A DNA stretch of 64,000 nucleotides, taken from the NCBI GenBank assembly GCA_050302075.1, contig JBNLAH010000003.1, positions 160,001-224,000 of the forward strand, read 5' to 3'. A model generated the notes under the pieces. It was not told the origin of the DNA. It was given only the letters and a program-made list of their open reading frames with translations, and made no database searches. Positions 28,971-39,456 of this stretch are shown piece after piece. This DNA is from Parachlamydiales bacterium (GTDB taxonomy: Bacteria > Chlamydiota > Chlamydiia > Chlamydiales > SM23-39). A program made the translations under genes and the position numbers. Numbering within the stretch: the first letter of the stretch is position 1; each line of letters begins with the position of its first letter.

Positions 28971-29933
28971 TTAAAGTTGAAGCAAGCTTTGGATTTTTGG
29001 ACATTTTTCAAACTCACTTAATAAAAAATTATCACCATCTGGCAGATGTCTATTTCTCACAACTCCAAATATAAAACGATATGCATTGTCTGAGAGAGGC
29101 TTTAATCCTATATTTTTTCGAATTGAATTAATATCTTGAGACTCAATAAAAATTGAGGCCATTGCAGCATATCTATTATCTGTTCTTGAAGGTGAAAAAA
29201 AAGGCTCTTTAAACAACAACTCAACTTCTTCATGCATAAAAACTTCAGAAGAAGATGAATTGATTAACTCATTTTTTCTAGCAATAATGACTAAATATTC
29301 TTCATCTGGTATTTGTAAGCAATTAGCCCCTTCATCTGAAAGATATTGACTAATTTCAGGTCTATATACCTCTAGAAATTTTTCCAAAAAGTCATTTTTA
29401 ATAACAGCAATTAAATGACCTGAACCTTTATGAATTCTTACATCGCATTTCAAGGTATTGTCATGTAGGATTTTACTAATTAGATCCCCATTCAACTTAG
29501 TTAGGCTATATTTGGCAAAAAAATTATTAATTGGCCTAAATTCCTGTCTTATCCAAATTAACTTGTTAATAGCGTCTATGTTTTTAATTCTTAATAATTT
29601 ATTTGCAACTCTAGTGACTTTCTCTGCAAATTTTTTAACTTTAGGATCATCACTGCTTTCATTTAGGCAGATAAGATAAGCAAAAATAGTTGATAATTCT
29701 TTTACAAAACCAACCCCATAAGATCCTTTGCCAAAATAAAAACTGAAGGTTTTACCAGGTGCTATATGGATATCTTTTTTACCTAAATCAAAAATTGTTA
29801 ATGCTAGTAATGTTGCTCGATCTTTTATGGATTCTAGCTGTGTAGAAATGTTAGTTTTGTCTAATGTAGATTTGAATACAAAGTCATGTTTTAACATCCC
29901 ATTGAATGTTCTAGCTTCAATAGCGCTCGCCAT
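28971..29933 (-). CDS. hypothetical protein, paralogue of 27872..28843
   Basis: Collinear similarity (ML.H.FV, LKC.V.IH..SGHLIA, YRPEI, LS.EGA..LQ.PD, R.DNRY, VRN.HL.D). Confidence 0.65.
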   Translation of the reverse strand: MASAIEARTFNGMLKHDFVFKSTLDKTNISTQLESIKDRATLLALTIFDLGKKDIHIAPGKTFSFYFGKGSYGVGFVKELSTIFAYLICLNESSDDPKVKKFAEKVTRVANKLLRIKNIDAINKLIWIRQEFRPINNFFAKYSLTKLNGDLISKILHDNTLKCDVRIHKGSGHLIAVIKNDFLEKFLEVYRPEISQYLSDEGANCLQIPDEEYLVIIARKNELINSSSSEVFMHEEVELLFKEPFFSPSRTDNRYAAMASIFIESQDINSIRKNIGLKPLSDNAYRFIFGVVRNRHLPDGDNFLLSEFEKCPKIQSLLQL

Positions 29934-30077
29934 TATATACACCTTATATTAGAAATTTATTAAAATTTAGCTAGCGCATTTTGTTAGAAATTAAGATTTT
30001 TAATCAATTTTTTTAAATATAGAGCCTACTAAAAATGTAAGAATTAGCTATTTTTTAGAGTTAAGAATGAGGGAATG

Positions 30078-32093
30078 TTATTTTGAGACCTTAGGATCTT
30101 TTAACAAAGCTAAGTTTTCGTAGTAGCGCATCATATCTCTGAGCTTAGCAGCATCCTCAAAGCGCATTTCACTGGCTGCTAACTTCATTTCAGTTTTACA
30201 CTCTTTTATTTTCTTTTCGAGATCTTCCATGTGGGCTTGAGCTTTTTTGACGTCTTTTTTTGCTTCTAGCTTAAGTTCTTCACTAACAAAACCGAACGTT
30301 TCTTCAAGATTCTCAATTTGCTCTCTTTTGACTGTTTTGGGAGTAATACCGTGTTTTTTATTATGTTCAATCTGTATTTCACGCCTTTCTTGGGTAATTT
30401 TTAGAGTGTTCTCAATTGCTTTTGTCTTTTTGTCTGCATACATAATTACTCTGCCATGAACGTTTCTGGCAGCTCTTCCACATGTTTGAACAAGGGCCGT
30501 CTCACTTCGCAAGAAACCTTCTTTATCAGCATCTAAGATCACGACCAACGATACTTCTGGGATATCCAATCCTTCTCTTAACAAGTTTACACCAACTAGT
30601 ACATCAAAGTTTCCATTTCTGAGTTCTTTAATAATGTGCATTCTTTGAAGAGTGTCTATATCTGAATGGAGATATTTTGCCTTTACTCCTATTTCTTCTA
30701 AGTACTTAGATAAGTCTTCAGATAGTTTTTTGGTAAGAGTTGTAACTAAGACCCTTCTATTTTTTTCTGTTTCAATGCGAATTTCTTCAAGCGCATCGTC
30801 TACTTGTCCTTCGGCTGGCTTGATCTCAATAACTGGATCAAGTAGTCCAGTTGGGCGAATGATTTGATGAACAACATCTCCTTCTGCTTCTCTAACTTCC
30901 CAATCTCCAGGGGTTGCAGACACATAAACAACTGTCTTAAAGAATTCATAGGATTCTTCGAATTTTAATGGCCTGTTATCAAAAGCTGAAGGAAGTCTGA
31001 ATCCATATTCAATCAGTGATTTTTTCCTAGCCCTGTCGCCGTTGTACATAGCATGCATTTGAGGAACTGTTTGGTGCGACTCATCAATGAAGAAAAGAAA
31101 ATCTTTTGGGAAATAATCAAGTAAACAAGGAGGCGGGTCTCCGGGTGATCTATTGCTGAAATGACGTGAATAGTTTTCTACTCCTTTGCAAAAGCCAACT
31201 TCCTTGATCATCTCTAAGTCATAATTGGTCCTTTCTTTAATGCGTTGCCTTTCAATTAGCAGGTTTTCTTTTTCAAAATGGCTTATCCTATCTGCAAGTT
31301 CATATTTGATGCTTTCAATTGCTTTAATCCTGACCTCTTCTGGTGTTACATAGTGTGATCCTGGATAAATTTTAATTTCTTTTAGTCTTTCAATTACTTT
31401 TCCAGTTAAAGGATCAATTGAGCTTATTTTTTCGATGTCATCACCAAAAAACTCAATACGGTAAGCTATATCATCTTCATATGCCGGAACAATTTCTAAA
31501 ACATCTCCTCTAGCCCGAAATGTAGCTCTTGAAAGCTCATAGTCATTTCTTTTGTAGTGAAGCTCGACCAGGTGAAGTAAAACATCATCTCGTCTTATGT
31601 TCTGGTCTACTTTCAAATGAATTAACATCTGGCTATAATGCTCTGGAGCACCTAAACCATAAATGCATGATACTGATGCAACAATAATAACATCATCCCT
31701 TTCAATTAAAGATCGAGTAGCGCTCAAGCGCATCTTTTCAATTCTATCATTAATTGACAGGTCTTTTTCAATATAGGTATCTGTTCTAGCGATGTAGGCT
31801 TCTGGCTGATAATAGTCATAATAAGAGACAAAGTACTCGACCGCATTATTTGGAAAAAATCCCTTGAATTCTTGATAGAGCTGGGCTGCAAGTGTTTTAT
31901 TATGGGCTAGGACAATAGTCGGCCTTTGTATATTTTGGATAACATTTGCCATTGTAAATGTTTTACCAGACCCAGTTATACCTAAAAGTACTTGCGATTT
32001 TTTCTTTTTTCTAATCCCATCTGTCAGCCTATCGATCGCTTCCGGCTGATCGCCTTTTGGTTCAAACTTTGTTTCTATCTTAAATTTAGGCAT
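30078..32093 (-). CDS. uvrB: excinuclease ABC subunit B
   Basis: GITGSGKT, YYDYYQPEAY, DESH, NLLREGLD, GRAARN, C-terminal UVR domain. Confidence 0.98.
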   Translation of the reverse strand: MPKFKIETKFEPKGDQPEAIDRLTDGIRKKKKSQVLLGITGSGKTFTMANVIQNIQRPTIVLAHNKTLAAQLYQEFKGFFPNNAVEYFVSYYDYYQPEAYIARTDTYIEKDLSINDRIEKMRLSATRSLIERDDVIIVASVSCIYGLGAPEHYSQMLIHLKVDQNIRRDDVLLHLVELHYKRNDYELSRATFRARGDVLEIVPAYEDDIAYRIEFFGDDIEKISSIDPLTGKVIERLKEIKIYPGSHYVTPEEVRIKAIESIKYELADRISHFEKENLLIERQRIKERTNYDLEMIKEVGFCKGVENYSRHFSNRSPGDPPPCLLDYFPKDFLFFIDESHQTVPQMHAMYNGDRARKKSLIEYGFRLPSAFDNRPLKFEESYEFFKTVVYVSATPGDWEVREAEGDVVHQIIRPTGLLDPVIEIKPAEGQVDDALEEIRIETEKNRRVLVTTLTKKLSEDLSKYLEEIGVKAKYLHSDIDTLQRMHIIKELRNGNFDVLVGVNLLREGLDIPEVSLVVILDADKEGFLRSETALVQTCGRAARNVHGRVIMYADKKTKAIENTLKITQERREIQIEHNKKHGITPKTVKREQIENLEETFGFVSEELKLEAKKDVKKAQAHMEDLEKKIKECKTEMKLAASEMRFEDAAKLRDMMRYYENLALLKDPKVSK

Positions 32094-32095
32094 CT

Positions 32096-33301
32096 TTACC
32101 TACTTTGTAAATAAGGCTCAACCAAAGGCTTTAAAACCCCTAGTTCTTCTGAAATCTCCAATCCAATTGCAAAAAAGGATCCTAAAATAATTGTGACAAG
32201 TAATGACTTTTTAAAAAAGCCTTTGTAGTTAGGTAAATTCCAAGCCATCAAAGCTGGCAGTATACCTAATAAAACTGCAACAAAAACTCCTGCATATTGG
32301 AGGGCTAATAAAAATCCTCTTTGATAACTTAGAACGAAAAAAAGAGGTGGTATAAAAGTTAACAAGGACGCAAAAAGTCTTCCTTTTTTGCTTTTTTTCA
32401 TTTTAAGAGCATCCCTTAAAAAATCTCTTAAACTGAGCGATACTCCTAAAAAAGAAGTAACAATTGCAAAAAATGCAAATAATCTTGCACCGATCTCTAG
32501 AACAGGATGGTTAATTAATTCAATTAGCGGTTTTGTACTTGGGGCTCCTTCAATCCAAGCTGAGGATAAATAATCTATTGGAACAATTCCTAGTACAAAA
32601 AATTCCCAGAGAAAATACACTGCAAGAGGGATTAAACTGCCTATTACTAAAGTTAGTCGAAGCTTTCTTACATTATGTCTTTCATAAGTAGTTAGAGATG
32701 GAATTATGATATGATATCCAAAAGAAGTGAATAAAATTGGGATTGCCAGCAACAAGGCAGGTGAATCAAAATGCCTATATAAAGAGGTGTTTATTTCTTT
32801 CGGGGCGAGTCCAACTAACATTCCGTAACTTATAACTAGTCCTAACATGAAAAAACGGTTGACCCAATCAACTGTTTTGGTGCCGTGATAAACAAAAAAG
32901 CCAAAAAAAATAACAATTAAAAATGGACTGATATATGCAGGAATTTCAATTTTAAATATCCATTTTATGACATCTGAAAATATTGGCGAGCTTCCTGAGA
33001 TATATGCTGCGGTCAATGAGTATAAAAGTAAAATATATACAATCCAGCAGAGTACTTTTCCAAATATCCCAAGCGTTTTTTCAGCCATTGAGACCATGTT
33101 AGTCTCTCCAGGAATCGACAAATTTACATCCAAAATCAAAAATGCTGTGACTAAGAAAAAAAGCCAAATAATAGGAAGCAAAAAAGCAGATGGGACAAAT
33201 CCTGCAAAACCACTTTTCACCGGCAGTGCCAACATAGCAGCTCCGATAGAAGTTCCAGCTATTAATAAAATACTTCCTAAAAATCGATTCTGTTTGATCA
33301 C
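32096..33301 (-). CDS. tyrP: aromatic amino acid permease (TyrP/Mtr family)
   Basis: IAGTSIGAAMLALP, TSFGYH, AIVTSFLGV, about 11 TM. Confidence 0.85.
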   Translation of the reverse strand: MIKQNRFLGSILLIAGTSIGAAMLALPVKSGFAGFVPSAFLLPIIWLFFLVTAFLILDVNLSIPGETNMVSMAEKTLGIFGKVLCWIVYILLLYSLTAAYISGSSPIFSDVIKWIFKIEIPAYISPFLIVIFFGFFVYHGTKTVDWVNRFFMLGLVISYGMLVGLAPKEINTSLYRHFDSPALLLAIPILFTSFGYHIIIPSLTTYERHNVRKLRLTLVIGSLIPLAVYFLWEFFVLGIVPIDYLSSAWIEGAPSTKPLIELINHPVLEIGARLFAFFAIVTSFLGVSLSLRDFLRDALKMKKSKKGRLFASLLTFIPPLFFVLSYQRGFLLALQYAGVFVAVLLGILPALMAWNLPNYKGFFKKSLLVTIILGSFFAIGLEISEELGVLKPLVEPYLQSR

Positions 33302-33308
33302 TTGATTC

Positions 33309-34523
33309 CTATGCGTTTAGATTTATTCCTAAAATTTTCAATATTTCGTTGATAACTAGAAAAACAGAAAATATAATTACAATAATTAATGAAGTCTTAC
33401 CTCCCTTAACATGGTATGAAGAAAAATATTTTTCTTTGTACCTACCAATCCAGACCATAATTGCAGGTAAAATCCCAAATAAAATAACAGCACAAAAGCC
33501 ACCTGCAAAACTAAGAGCTTTAAAGAATATTTCCGGATAAGTCAAAGAAAATAAAGCGGGCGGGATTAATGTTAAAAAGATAAGCCAATGGCTATTTTTT
33601 CGATTTGGCTTTACTTTCATTCCATCTGCAATAAAATGCATTAGCCCAAGTCCCTGGGCCAAAAATGATGTAATAATTGCAAAAAATGCAAATAACTGCG
33701 AGACGTGCCCTACAAAAGAACCTTCAAGATAATGATTTAATGAAGAACTAGCTTCTTGTCCGCTTAAAAAAGAGTTTAAAAGGCCTTTTTCGCCGTTATA
33801 TGGAACAATTCCAATGATGACAGTCTGCCAAAACAAATAAATGAACAAAGATAAGATACTGCCACCTAGAACAGTTTTTCTCATTTTTTTGAGGTTTCCA
33901 TCAAAATATGCTGTAAGTGTTGGTATCATATTATGGAAACCAAAAGAGGTAATCAAAACCGGTAGAGGAAGAATTAAATACTTCAAGTTAATTGTCTTTA
34001 AATTTTCGGCATTTATCTTAAATGATCCTAAAAACACCATTAAGATGTAGGTCGCTATTAATCCTGCCATTAAGTATCTATTGAACAGATCAACCGTTTT
34101 GGTTCCCAAATAAATAACAAAACCTAGAATCAAAACAAAAAATAGGCTGGTAATTTGTGGGTTCAATGAAAGGCTTAGAAACCTATTCAAAATACCTGAA
34201 AAAATTTCACCACTGCTGATGATATACGCAACTGAAAGCGAGTAAAATAAAAAAAGATATAAGATCCAACTAATTACTCTTCCAGTATTGCCAAGCGCTT
34301 TTTCCGAAATTGAAACAATATTAATCTGACTTTTGAACCATCCATTTGTTTCAACCAATAAGAGGGCAGTAAACGTCATGAATGCCCAGGCAACTAAAGT
34401 TAGAAAAATGGAGGGCACATAACCAGTAATTCCAGACAAAATTGGGAGGGCAAGCATCGCAGCTCCTATGCAGCTGCCGGCAATTAGAAAAATCCCACCC
34501 AATATGTTTTTTGGGGTGATCAT
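33309..34523 (-). CDS. tyrP: aromatic amino acid permease (TyrP/Mtr family), tandem paralogue
   Basis: IAGSCIGAAMLALP, TSFGFHN, AIITSF. Confidence 0.85.
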   Translation of the reverse strand: MITPKNILGGIFLIAGSCIGAAMLALPILSGITGYVPSIFLTLVAWAFMTFTALLLVETNGWFKSQINIVSISEKALGNTGRVISWILYLFLFYSLSVAYIISSGEIFSGILNRFLSLSLNPQITSLFFVLILGFVIYLGTKTVDLFNRYLMAGLIATYILMVFLGSFKINAENLKTINLKYLILPLPVLITSFGFHNMIPTLTAYFDGNLKKMRKTVLGGSILSLFIYLFWQTVIIGIVPYNGEKGLLNSFLSGQEASSSLNHYLEGSFVGHVSQLFAFFAIITSFLAQGLGLMHFIADGMKVKPNRKNSHWLIFLTLIPPALFSLTYPEIFFKALSFAGGFCAVILFGILPAIMVWIGRYKEKYFSSYHVKGGKTSLIIVIIFSVFLVINEILKILGINLNA

Positions 34524-34528
34524 CGTCC

Positions 34529-36160
34529 TTAAGTTTCCATTTTTTCGACTCTGCGAATTTCCTGACCTAATCTGCCAAGTTCATATCCATCATAGTCTAC
34601 AAATTTAAAGAATCTTTCAAATTGAGGAATTGCATCACATACCTGTCTTGCCATTTCTTGTGCAATAAAACGGTAGCTTGGATGCCCTGCAGGCGAAGAT
34701 CTAAGCTCACAAAGCCACTGAAGTGAGCGCAAGTTAACTGTGAAATACCAATGAATATTATATGCCATTGGGACAATGTACTGCGCTTCTTCTGGAAGCT
34801 CAGAGCGAATTGTATCAAATGCTTGCTTTGCTTTCTCCATAGCATTTACATACGGCTCTTCCATTTCAGTGCCAACAATCTCAGAGGGAACAAAGTAACC
34901 AAAATCACAGTTTAGTAATTGTCTTTCCTGAGTTAGTATACGATGCCTATGTAAATCTCTATACACACCAAAATCAGCTAATATTTCAAAGGTAAAAGTT
35001 GCATTTTCAAGAGCTCTTGGAGACTTATGCCTTCTATTTTCTCTTGAAACGCATCCAGCATCTAGAATTTTCGCAATTTGCTCATCACTTAAGGATGCAA
35101 CGTATTCTTGAGTATCTTTCAACCCAACATTTGAGTTGTCAAATAAAAGGGCGCTAGCCACTTTTACAACTGCATCAGAGTCAAAATTAATCAGGCGCAC
35201 TCCCGGTTCTTTCATTGATGAGATTTGTGGAGAATGCTCTTCCACTAAAATTTTCAACTCACCTTGCATCTCCTCATTGAACTGAGAAAAAGTATTAAAA
35301 TACTTATGTGCCGGATCTGCTCTCCTGATAAATGACGGAACAACCTTATTAAGCTCAGAATATCCTTTTTTACCTAGATCTTGCAGCTCAGCTAAATTAT
35401 GGCAGTTTAGCTTTTGTAAGAGATTTTCAAAAAATCTTCCGTTACCAAATACACCGAGGTTTGTCAAAGCACTAGAGGGAAGTATTCCTCGCAAGCAATC
35501 TAAGACCTTTGCTCGAAGTGAAGCTGTATAAGCGACCTTGGAAATATGGTGTTCTTTTGGAAAATGCTCCTCTATTACTGCTGTGAGAGGAGGTATTAAT
35601 TTGCTATAAGTTTCAAATAAGTGATTACAAGTTTCAATATAAAGATCTCGATAAGCTGAGGTCATTAAGATCGGTTCTCTATAGTAGAGGTATTCACCAT
35701 TAATTTTTTGATCAAAATATATGTATCTAGTTGATTTTTCGAGTGGTGATCCACCAATTCGACAATCTTCTATAGCCTTAGCTGCCAACATTGAAATGTT
35801 CTCAATGGCAAGGTGGGCTCCGCCGAGCTCTCCAATTGAGTCGTCACCGTACCCATCTAAAATTCTATCATAAAAATTTTGAGCCTTTTTTATAGCAATT
35901 ATCTGCTCATCATCTCCGGGGATCTCGCTTTCAGAAATTTCTCCTGCTATTGCGGAAAACGCAGTATCTTCATTGAGTATAAACTCTTTTAAAAGTAATG
36001 ATCGAAGCCCTAAACTTGATCTAGAGTATCTTGAAAAAAGCGCACCTTTGATTACCTCAGGTAGATTCCTCAAAACAAAAACGTTACTTGAGGTGTTTGT
36101 AACAAAATGCTCTAATATTTTAATTTGGCTCTCAGAAAACTCTTCGTAGTTCTGAAACAT
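34529..36160 (-). CDS. thyX: FAD-dependent thymidylate synthase, chlamydial two-domain type
   Basis: SRYSRS, YGDDSI, LEKSTRY, RDLHRHR, ELRS..GHPSYR. Confidence 0.9.
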   Translation of the reverse strand: MFQNYEEFSESQIKILEHFVTNTSSNVFVLRNLPEVIKGALFSRYSRSSLGLRSLLLKEFILNEDTAFSAIAGEISESEIPGDDEQIIAIKKAQNFYDRILDGYGDDSIGELGGAHLAIENISMLAAKAIEDCRIGGSPLEKSTRYIYFDQKINGEYLYYREPILMTSAYRDLYIETCNHLFETYSKLIPPLTAVIEEHFPKEHHISKVAYTASLRAKVLDCLRGILPSSALTNLGVFGNGRFFENLLQKLNCHNLAELQDLGKKGYSELNKVVPSFIRRADPAHKYFNTFSQFNEEMQGELKILVEEHSPQISSMKEPGVRLINFDSDAVVKVASALLFDNSNVGLKDTQEYVASLSDEQIAKILDAGCVSRENRRHKSPRALENATFTFEILADFGVYRDLHRHRILTQERQLLNCDFGYFVPSEIVGTEMEEPYVNAMEKAKQAFDTIRSELPEEAQYIVPMAYNIHWYFTVNLRSLQWLCELRSSPAGHPSYRFIAQEMARQVCDAIPQFERFFKFVDYDGYELGRLGQEIRRVEKMET

Positions 36161-36260
36161 AAAATGAACCCCATTGTTAGCCACTAAAAGGATAAGGGTG
36201 CCATAATCTGAAAAGTAGGATCAAGAGAAAAATTTTTCAAAAAACAAATATGTAAATATT

Positions 36261-37259
36261 ATGCCAATAAAAGAAATTAAATTTTTACCACCTCTTCAAC
36301 GCCCAAGAAGGAATAGAAAAAGTCCTTCTATTAGGGCCATGTTAAAAGAAAATCATTTACTTCCTTCTGATTTTGTAATGCCATTTTTTTTAATAGAAGG
36401 CTCTAAGAGAATTGAAAGAATTGAAAAATTCCCCAGCATTTGCCGGTTAACTGCAGATTTAATTTTGGAAAAAGCAATTTCTTTACACAAAAAGGGCATT
36501 CAAGCAATAGCACTTTTCCCTGTAGTAGAAAAAATAAAAAAAAACATTAACGGAAGTGAGGCTTTAAATCAGCTAGGACATTACTGCAAGGCAATTAGAT
36601 TAATAAAATCAGAAGTTCCTAGCTTATGCATTATTACTGATCTAGCACTAGATCCGTACACTACCCATGGCCATGATGGGATCATAAATGATAAAAAAGA
36701 AGTTGATAATGACTCAACTGTGGCAGTCTTATGCCAAATGGCCTTGGTCCATGCAGAAGCTGGGGCTGATGTAGTGGCTCCAAGTGACATGATGGACGGT
36801 AGAGTAAAAGCAATTAGGGATACCCTAGATGCTAATGGGTTTTCTAATACCTCTATTATGTCGTACACAGCAAAATACGCATCAAGCTTATATAGCCCAT
36901 TTAGAGATGCCGTTTCCTCAACGCTGGAGTTCGGAGATAAAAAATCCTACCAAATGGATCCGGCCAACACAAAAGAAGCAATCATTGAAGCTAAAGCCGA
37001 TGATAAAGAAGGCGCTGACATTTTAATGGTGAAGCCTGCAAGCATTTACCTAGATATCATTTCAAAAATTAAAAGTGAAACAAACAAGCCGATAGCTGCA
37101 TACCACGTAAGTGGTGAATATTGCATGGTAAAAGCAGCTCATGAGTTAGGATATTTAAATGAAATAGATGTTTTTCATGAGGTACTACTTAGCATTAAAA
37201 GATCTGGCGCGAATATTATTATATCTTATGCAACTGAAGAAATTTTAAAAGTCATCTAA
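36261..37259 (+). CDS. hemB: delta-aminolevulinate dehydratase (porphobilinogen synthase)
   Basis: RPRRNR, DPYTTHGHDG, APSDMMDGR, KYAS, YQMDP, MVKP. Confidence 0.97.
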   Translation: MPIKEIKFLPPLQRPRRNRKSPSIRAMLKENHLLPSDFVMPFFLIEGSKRIERIEKFPSICRLTADLILEKAISLHKKGIQAIALFPVVEKIKKNINGSEALNQLGHYCKAIRLIKSEVPSLCIITDLALDPYTTHGHDGIINDKKEVDNDSTVAVLCQMALVHAEAGADVVAPSDMMDGRVKAIRDTLDANGFSNTSIMSYTAKYASSLYSPFRDAVSSTLEFGDKKSYQMDPANTKEAIIEAKADDKEGADILMVKPASIYLDIISKIKSETNKPIAAYHVSGEYCMVKAAHELGYLNEIDVFHEVLLSIKRSGANIIISYATEEILKVI

Positions 37260-39415
37260 TAAAACAACGGAGTCTGGTTATATCTTTCAAAATATATTGT
37301 TTGATAAAGTTCTTTTCCAGTTGCTGCAACAGCTCCAACATCCCTAAGCCAAGCTGCCATTGCATATCCAACTCTGGTTCGGCTGCTTTTATTTAAGAAG
37401 ATGTCTAAAGGGAGGCTGAAAAATATTCCCTTATCGTGATATCTTTTTCGGTTAACGAAGTCTTTTGCTGTTGTGAAAGTATACCAACCACCTACCCTTA
37501 GCCCACTTGGAAATGTTCTAGCTAAATTCATTCTAACTCCTTTATCTTTAGCTAGAAACTGTCCGAAGCTGAATTTTAAATCTATATTTAACGGCTTATA
37601 GTCATAATATAGATCTAAGAAATATTGCAGGCCTGTGTAATCAACATAAGTCGGCGTAATTCCTTGTAACAGCCTAATTTTCTTTTGAAAAAAAATCCCT
37701 TCGTAGTTTCTCTTCCAAACTGTAGCTGCTTGAAACCCAACTGCCCAATTAGCTTTTGCAGGATAGTATAGAAATTCACTAGCAAAACCCCCATAAGCAA
37801 GTTCAAAATAACCGGCAGCAAGCCTTGCAAACCAGCCATGACCTAAATTCCAACTTCTTTGTAAGTAGGCTAAATTTACCTTAAATGTATTGCCTTGAAC
37901 ATATCTGATAGAGTCTGATCGGACATTAATGATCTGAGATGGGTTTAGCTTATCGCGATCTCCAATATCTGCTGTACTTGATTTAATAATATAACCAAAT
38001 TGAACATCATAATAAACCTGCTTAGGCAAATATCCTTGTGGGCCTGCAATTAGTCCGACATCATATTTGAATTTCCCAGAAGAGCTTCCCCAGTAAGTTC
38101 TAAATGTAGGCCTAAAAGTAAACTCCCAAATGCTCTTTTTTCTTCTATATAAAACTGCTCCGTCATATTCACATGGAGGTTTTGTGACTTCATTGTAGTG
38201 GGAAATTATGGCAACTTCGGCATCACATAACTTTTTATCCCTATAAAGATTAAGCTCATCTTTGCTAAAGCAATATTGATGAACTGGCACTCCATCTGCT
38301 TCAATTACAACAGTAATTTCATGAATATTTTCAGGAATTAAAGATGCCAGTATTTGAAGTATTCGATTTCTAACCTCATCCTCTATTCTGTAGCGCACAT
38401 TAATGACTTTCATCCAAAGTGAATCTTTTTTTTTACAGTTAACTGTTTTGACTACAGTATACAAATCAAAACCCTGCTCTTGAAATGCATAAGCAATTTC
38501 TTGAGCAAACTCTCTATCTGATCTTAGTAGTCCGATAGGCTCGATATTTATAGGAGATTTGTAAGGGAGTGGATCTTTAATTTTTGGAAAAAACCCATTA
38601 GTTTCTCCAATATTATAGGTAAATGATCCAGAGGCCGCAATTTCCTTACCTCTTATAGTACTGGCTTTTACTTGGAAAAATTTCAACAATTTATAATGAA
38701 TACCAAAATTTATTGGATAATTGACTTCTTTTCCATCTGGGTGCTCTTTTGAGTGATGCTCATAGTCGTTTGCATCATATTCCAGTACAAAGGTTAGATT
38801 CTTGAAGAATTTATTATCGAACTTGCGCATGGGCGACCATGCTAGTGCCCCAAAAAAACCATTGATCCTGCCATTGCCCCACCCAAGAGTCGCTTCAAGG
38901 TTATAGTCTAAAAAAGTCTTGGTTGCCACAATGTAAAAAGAAGAAAACCTCATTGATCCAATAAAATCATTGAAACCAATTGCAAACTCAGGAAGATCTG
39001 GTAACCCATCTTGTTTTTGAAGTAAAGCGAGCTTTACATTTGCTGCTCGATCGCAAAATGTTCCAAATTTTTTTCCTAAAGCGCAATCTTCAATTCCATG
39101 AAACAGCCAATAATTGCCTGTAATCTCTAAATGGTCAAAAAACTGGAATAACAAATTATAAAGCCTATATGGCGGCAAATATGAGAAACTAAAACCTAAA
39201 ACTCCAGCTTTTGCCATTCTAGCAGAAGGCATAGCAAAGTATCCTGCTTGCATCTGATAGTTGAAAATAAGTGGCAGATCGTCATTTATCTCTTCATCGA
39301 CACTTGCTACAGTTTCAAGGTCATCAAATAAGTTTGTGACGCAGTCGTAGTTATAATCTTTTGCAAAAGAAAAATTCGATACTGAAAAAATAATAGCCAA
39401 AAGAAGAAAAAACAT
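37256..39415 (-). CDS. YjbH/GfcD-like outer-membrane beta-barrel protein
   Basis: Signal peptide, GYFAMPSARM, YIVATK, TLGWGNG, GYFELAYGG, GQFLAKDKG, DKGIFFSLP. Confidence 0.75.
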   Translation of the reverse strand: MFFLLLAIIFSVSNFSFAKDYNYDCVTNLFDDLETVASVDEEINDDLPLIFNYQMQAGYFAMPSARMAKAGVLGFSFSYLPPYRLYNLLFQFFDHLEITGNYWLFHGIEDCALGKKFGTFCDRAANVKLALLQKQDGLPDLPEFAIGFNDFIGSMRFSSFYIVATKTFLDYNLEATLGWGNGRINGFFGALAWSPMRKFDNKFFKNLTFVLEYDANDYEHHSKEHPDGKEVNYPINFGIHYKLLKFFQVKASTIRGKEIAASGSFTYNIGETNGFFPKIKDPLPYKSPINIEPIGLLRSDREFAQEIAYAFQEQGFDLYTVVKTVNCKKKDSLWMKVINVRYRIEDEVRNRILQILASLIPENIHEITVVIEADGVPVHQYCFSKDELNLYRDKKLCDAEVAIISHYNEVTKPPCEYDGAVLYRRKKSIWEFTFRPTFRTYWGSSSGKFKYDVGLIAGPQGYLPKQVYYDVQFGYIIKSSTADIGDRDKLNPSQIINVRSDSIRYVQGNTFKVNLAYLQRSWNLGHGWFARLAAGYFELAYGGFASEFLYYPAKANWAVGFQAATVWKRNYEGIFFQKKIRLLQGITPTYVDYTGLQYFLDLYYDYKPLNIDLKFSFGQFLAKDKGVRMNLARTFPSGLRVGGWYTFTTAKDFVNRKRYHDKGIFFSLPLDIFLNKSSRTRVGYAMAAWLRDVGAVAATGKELYQTIYFERYNQTPLFY

Positions 39416-39456
39416 TTAAAGCAAGCACACATCTTAACTCAAAAAAAAGAGTGTAC

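Noticed and set aside
32096..34523. Tandem tyrP duplication as unusual
   Set aside because: Tandem TyrP-family permeases are known in Chlamydia
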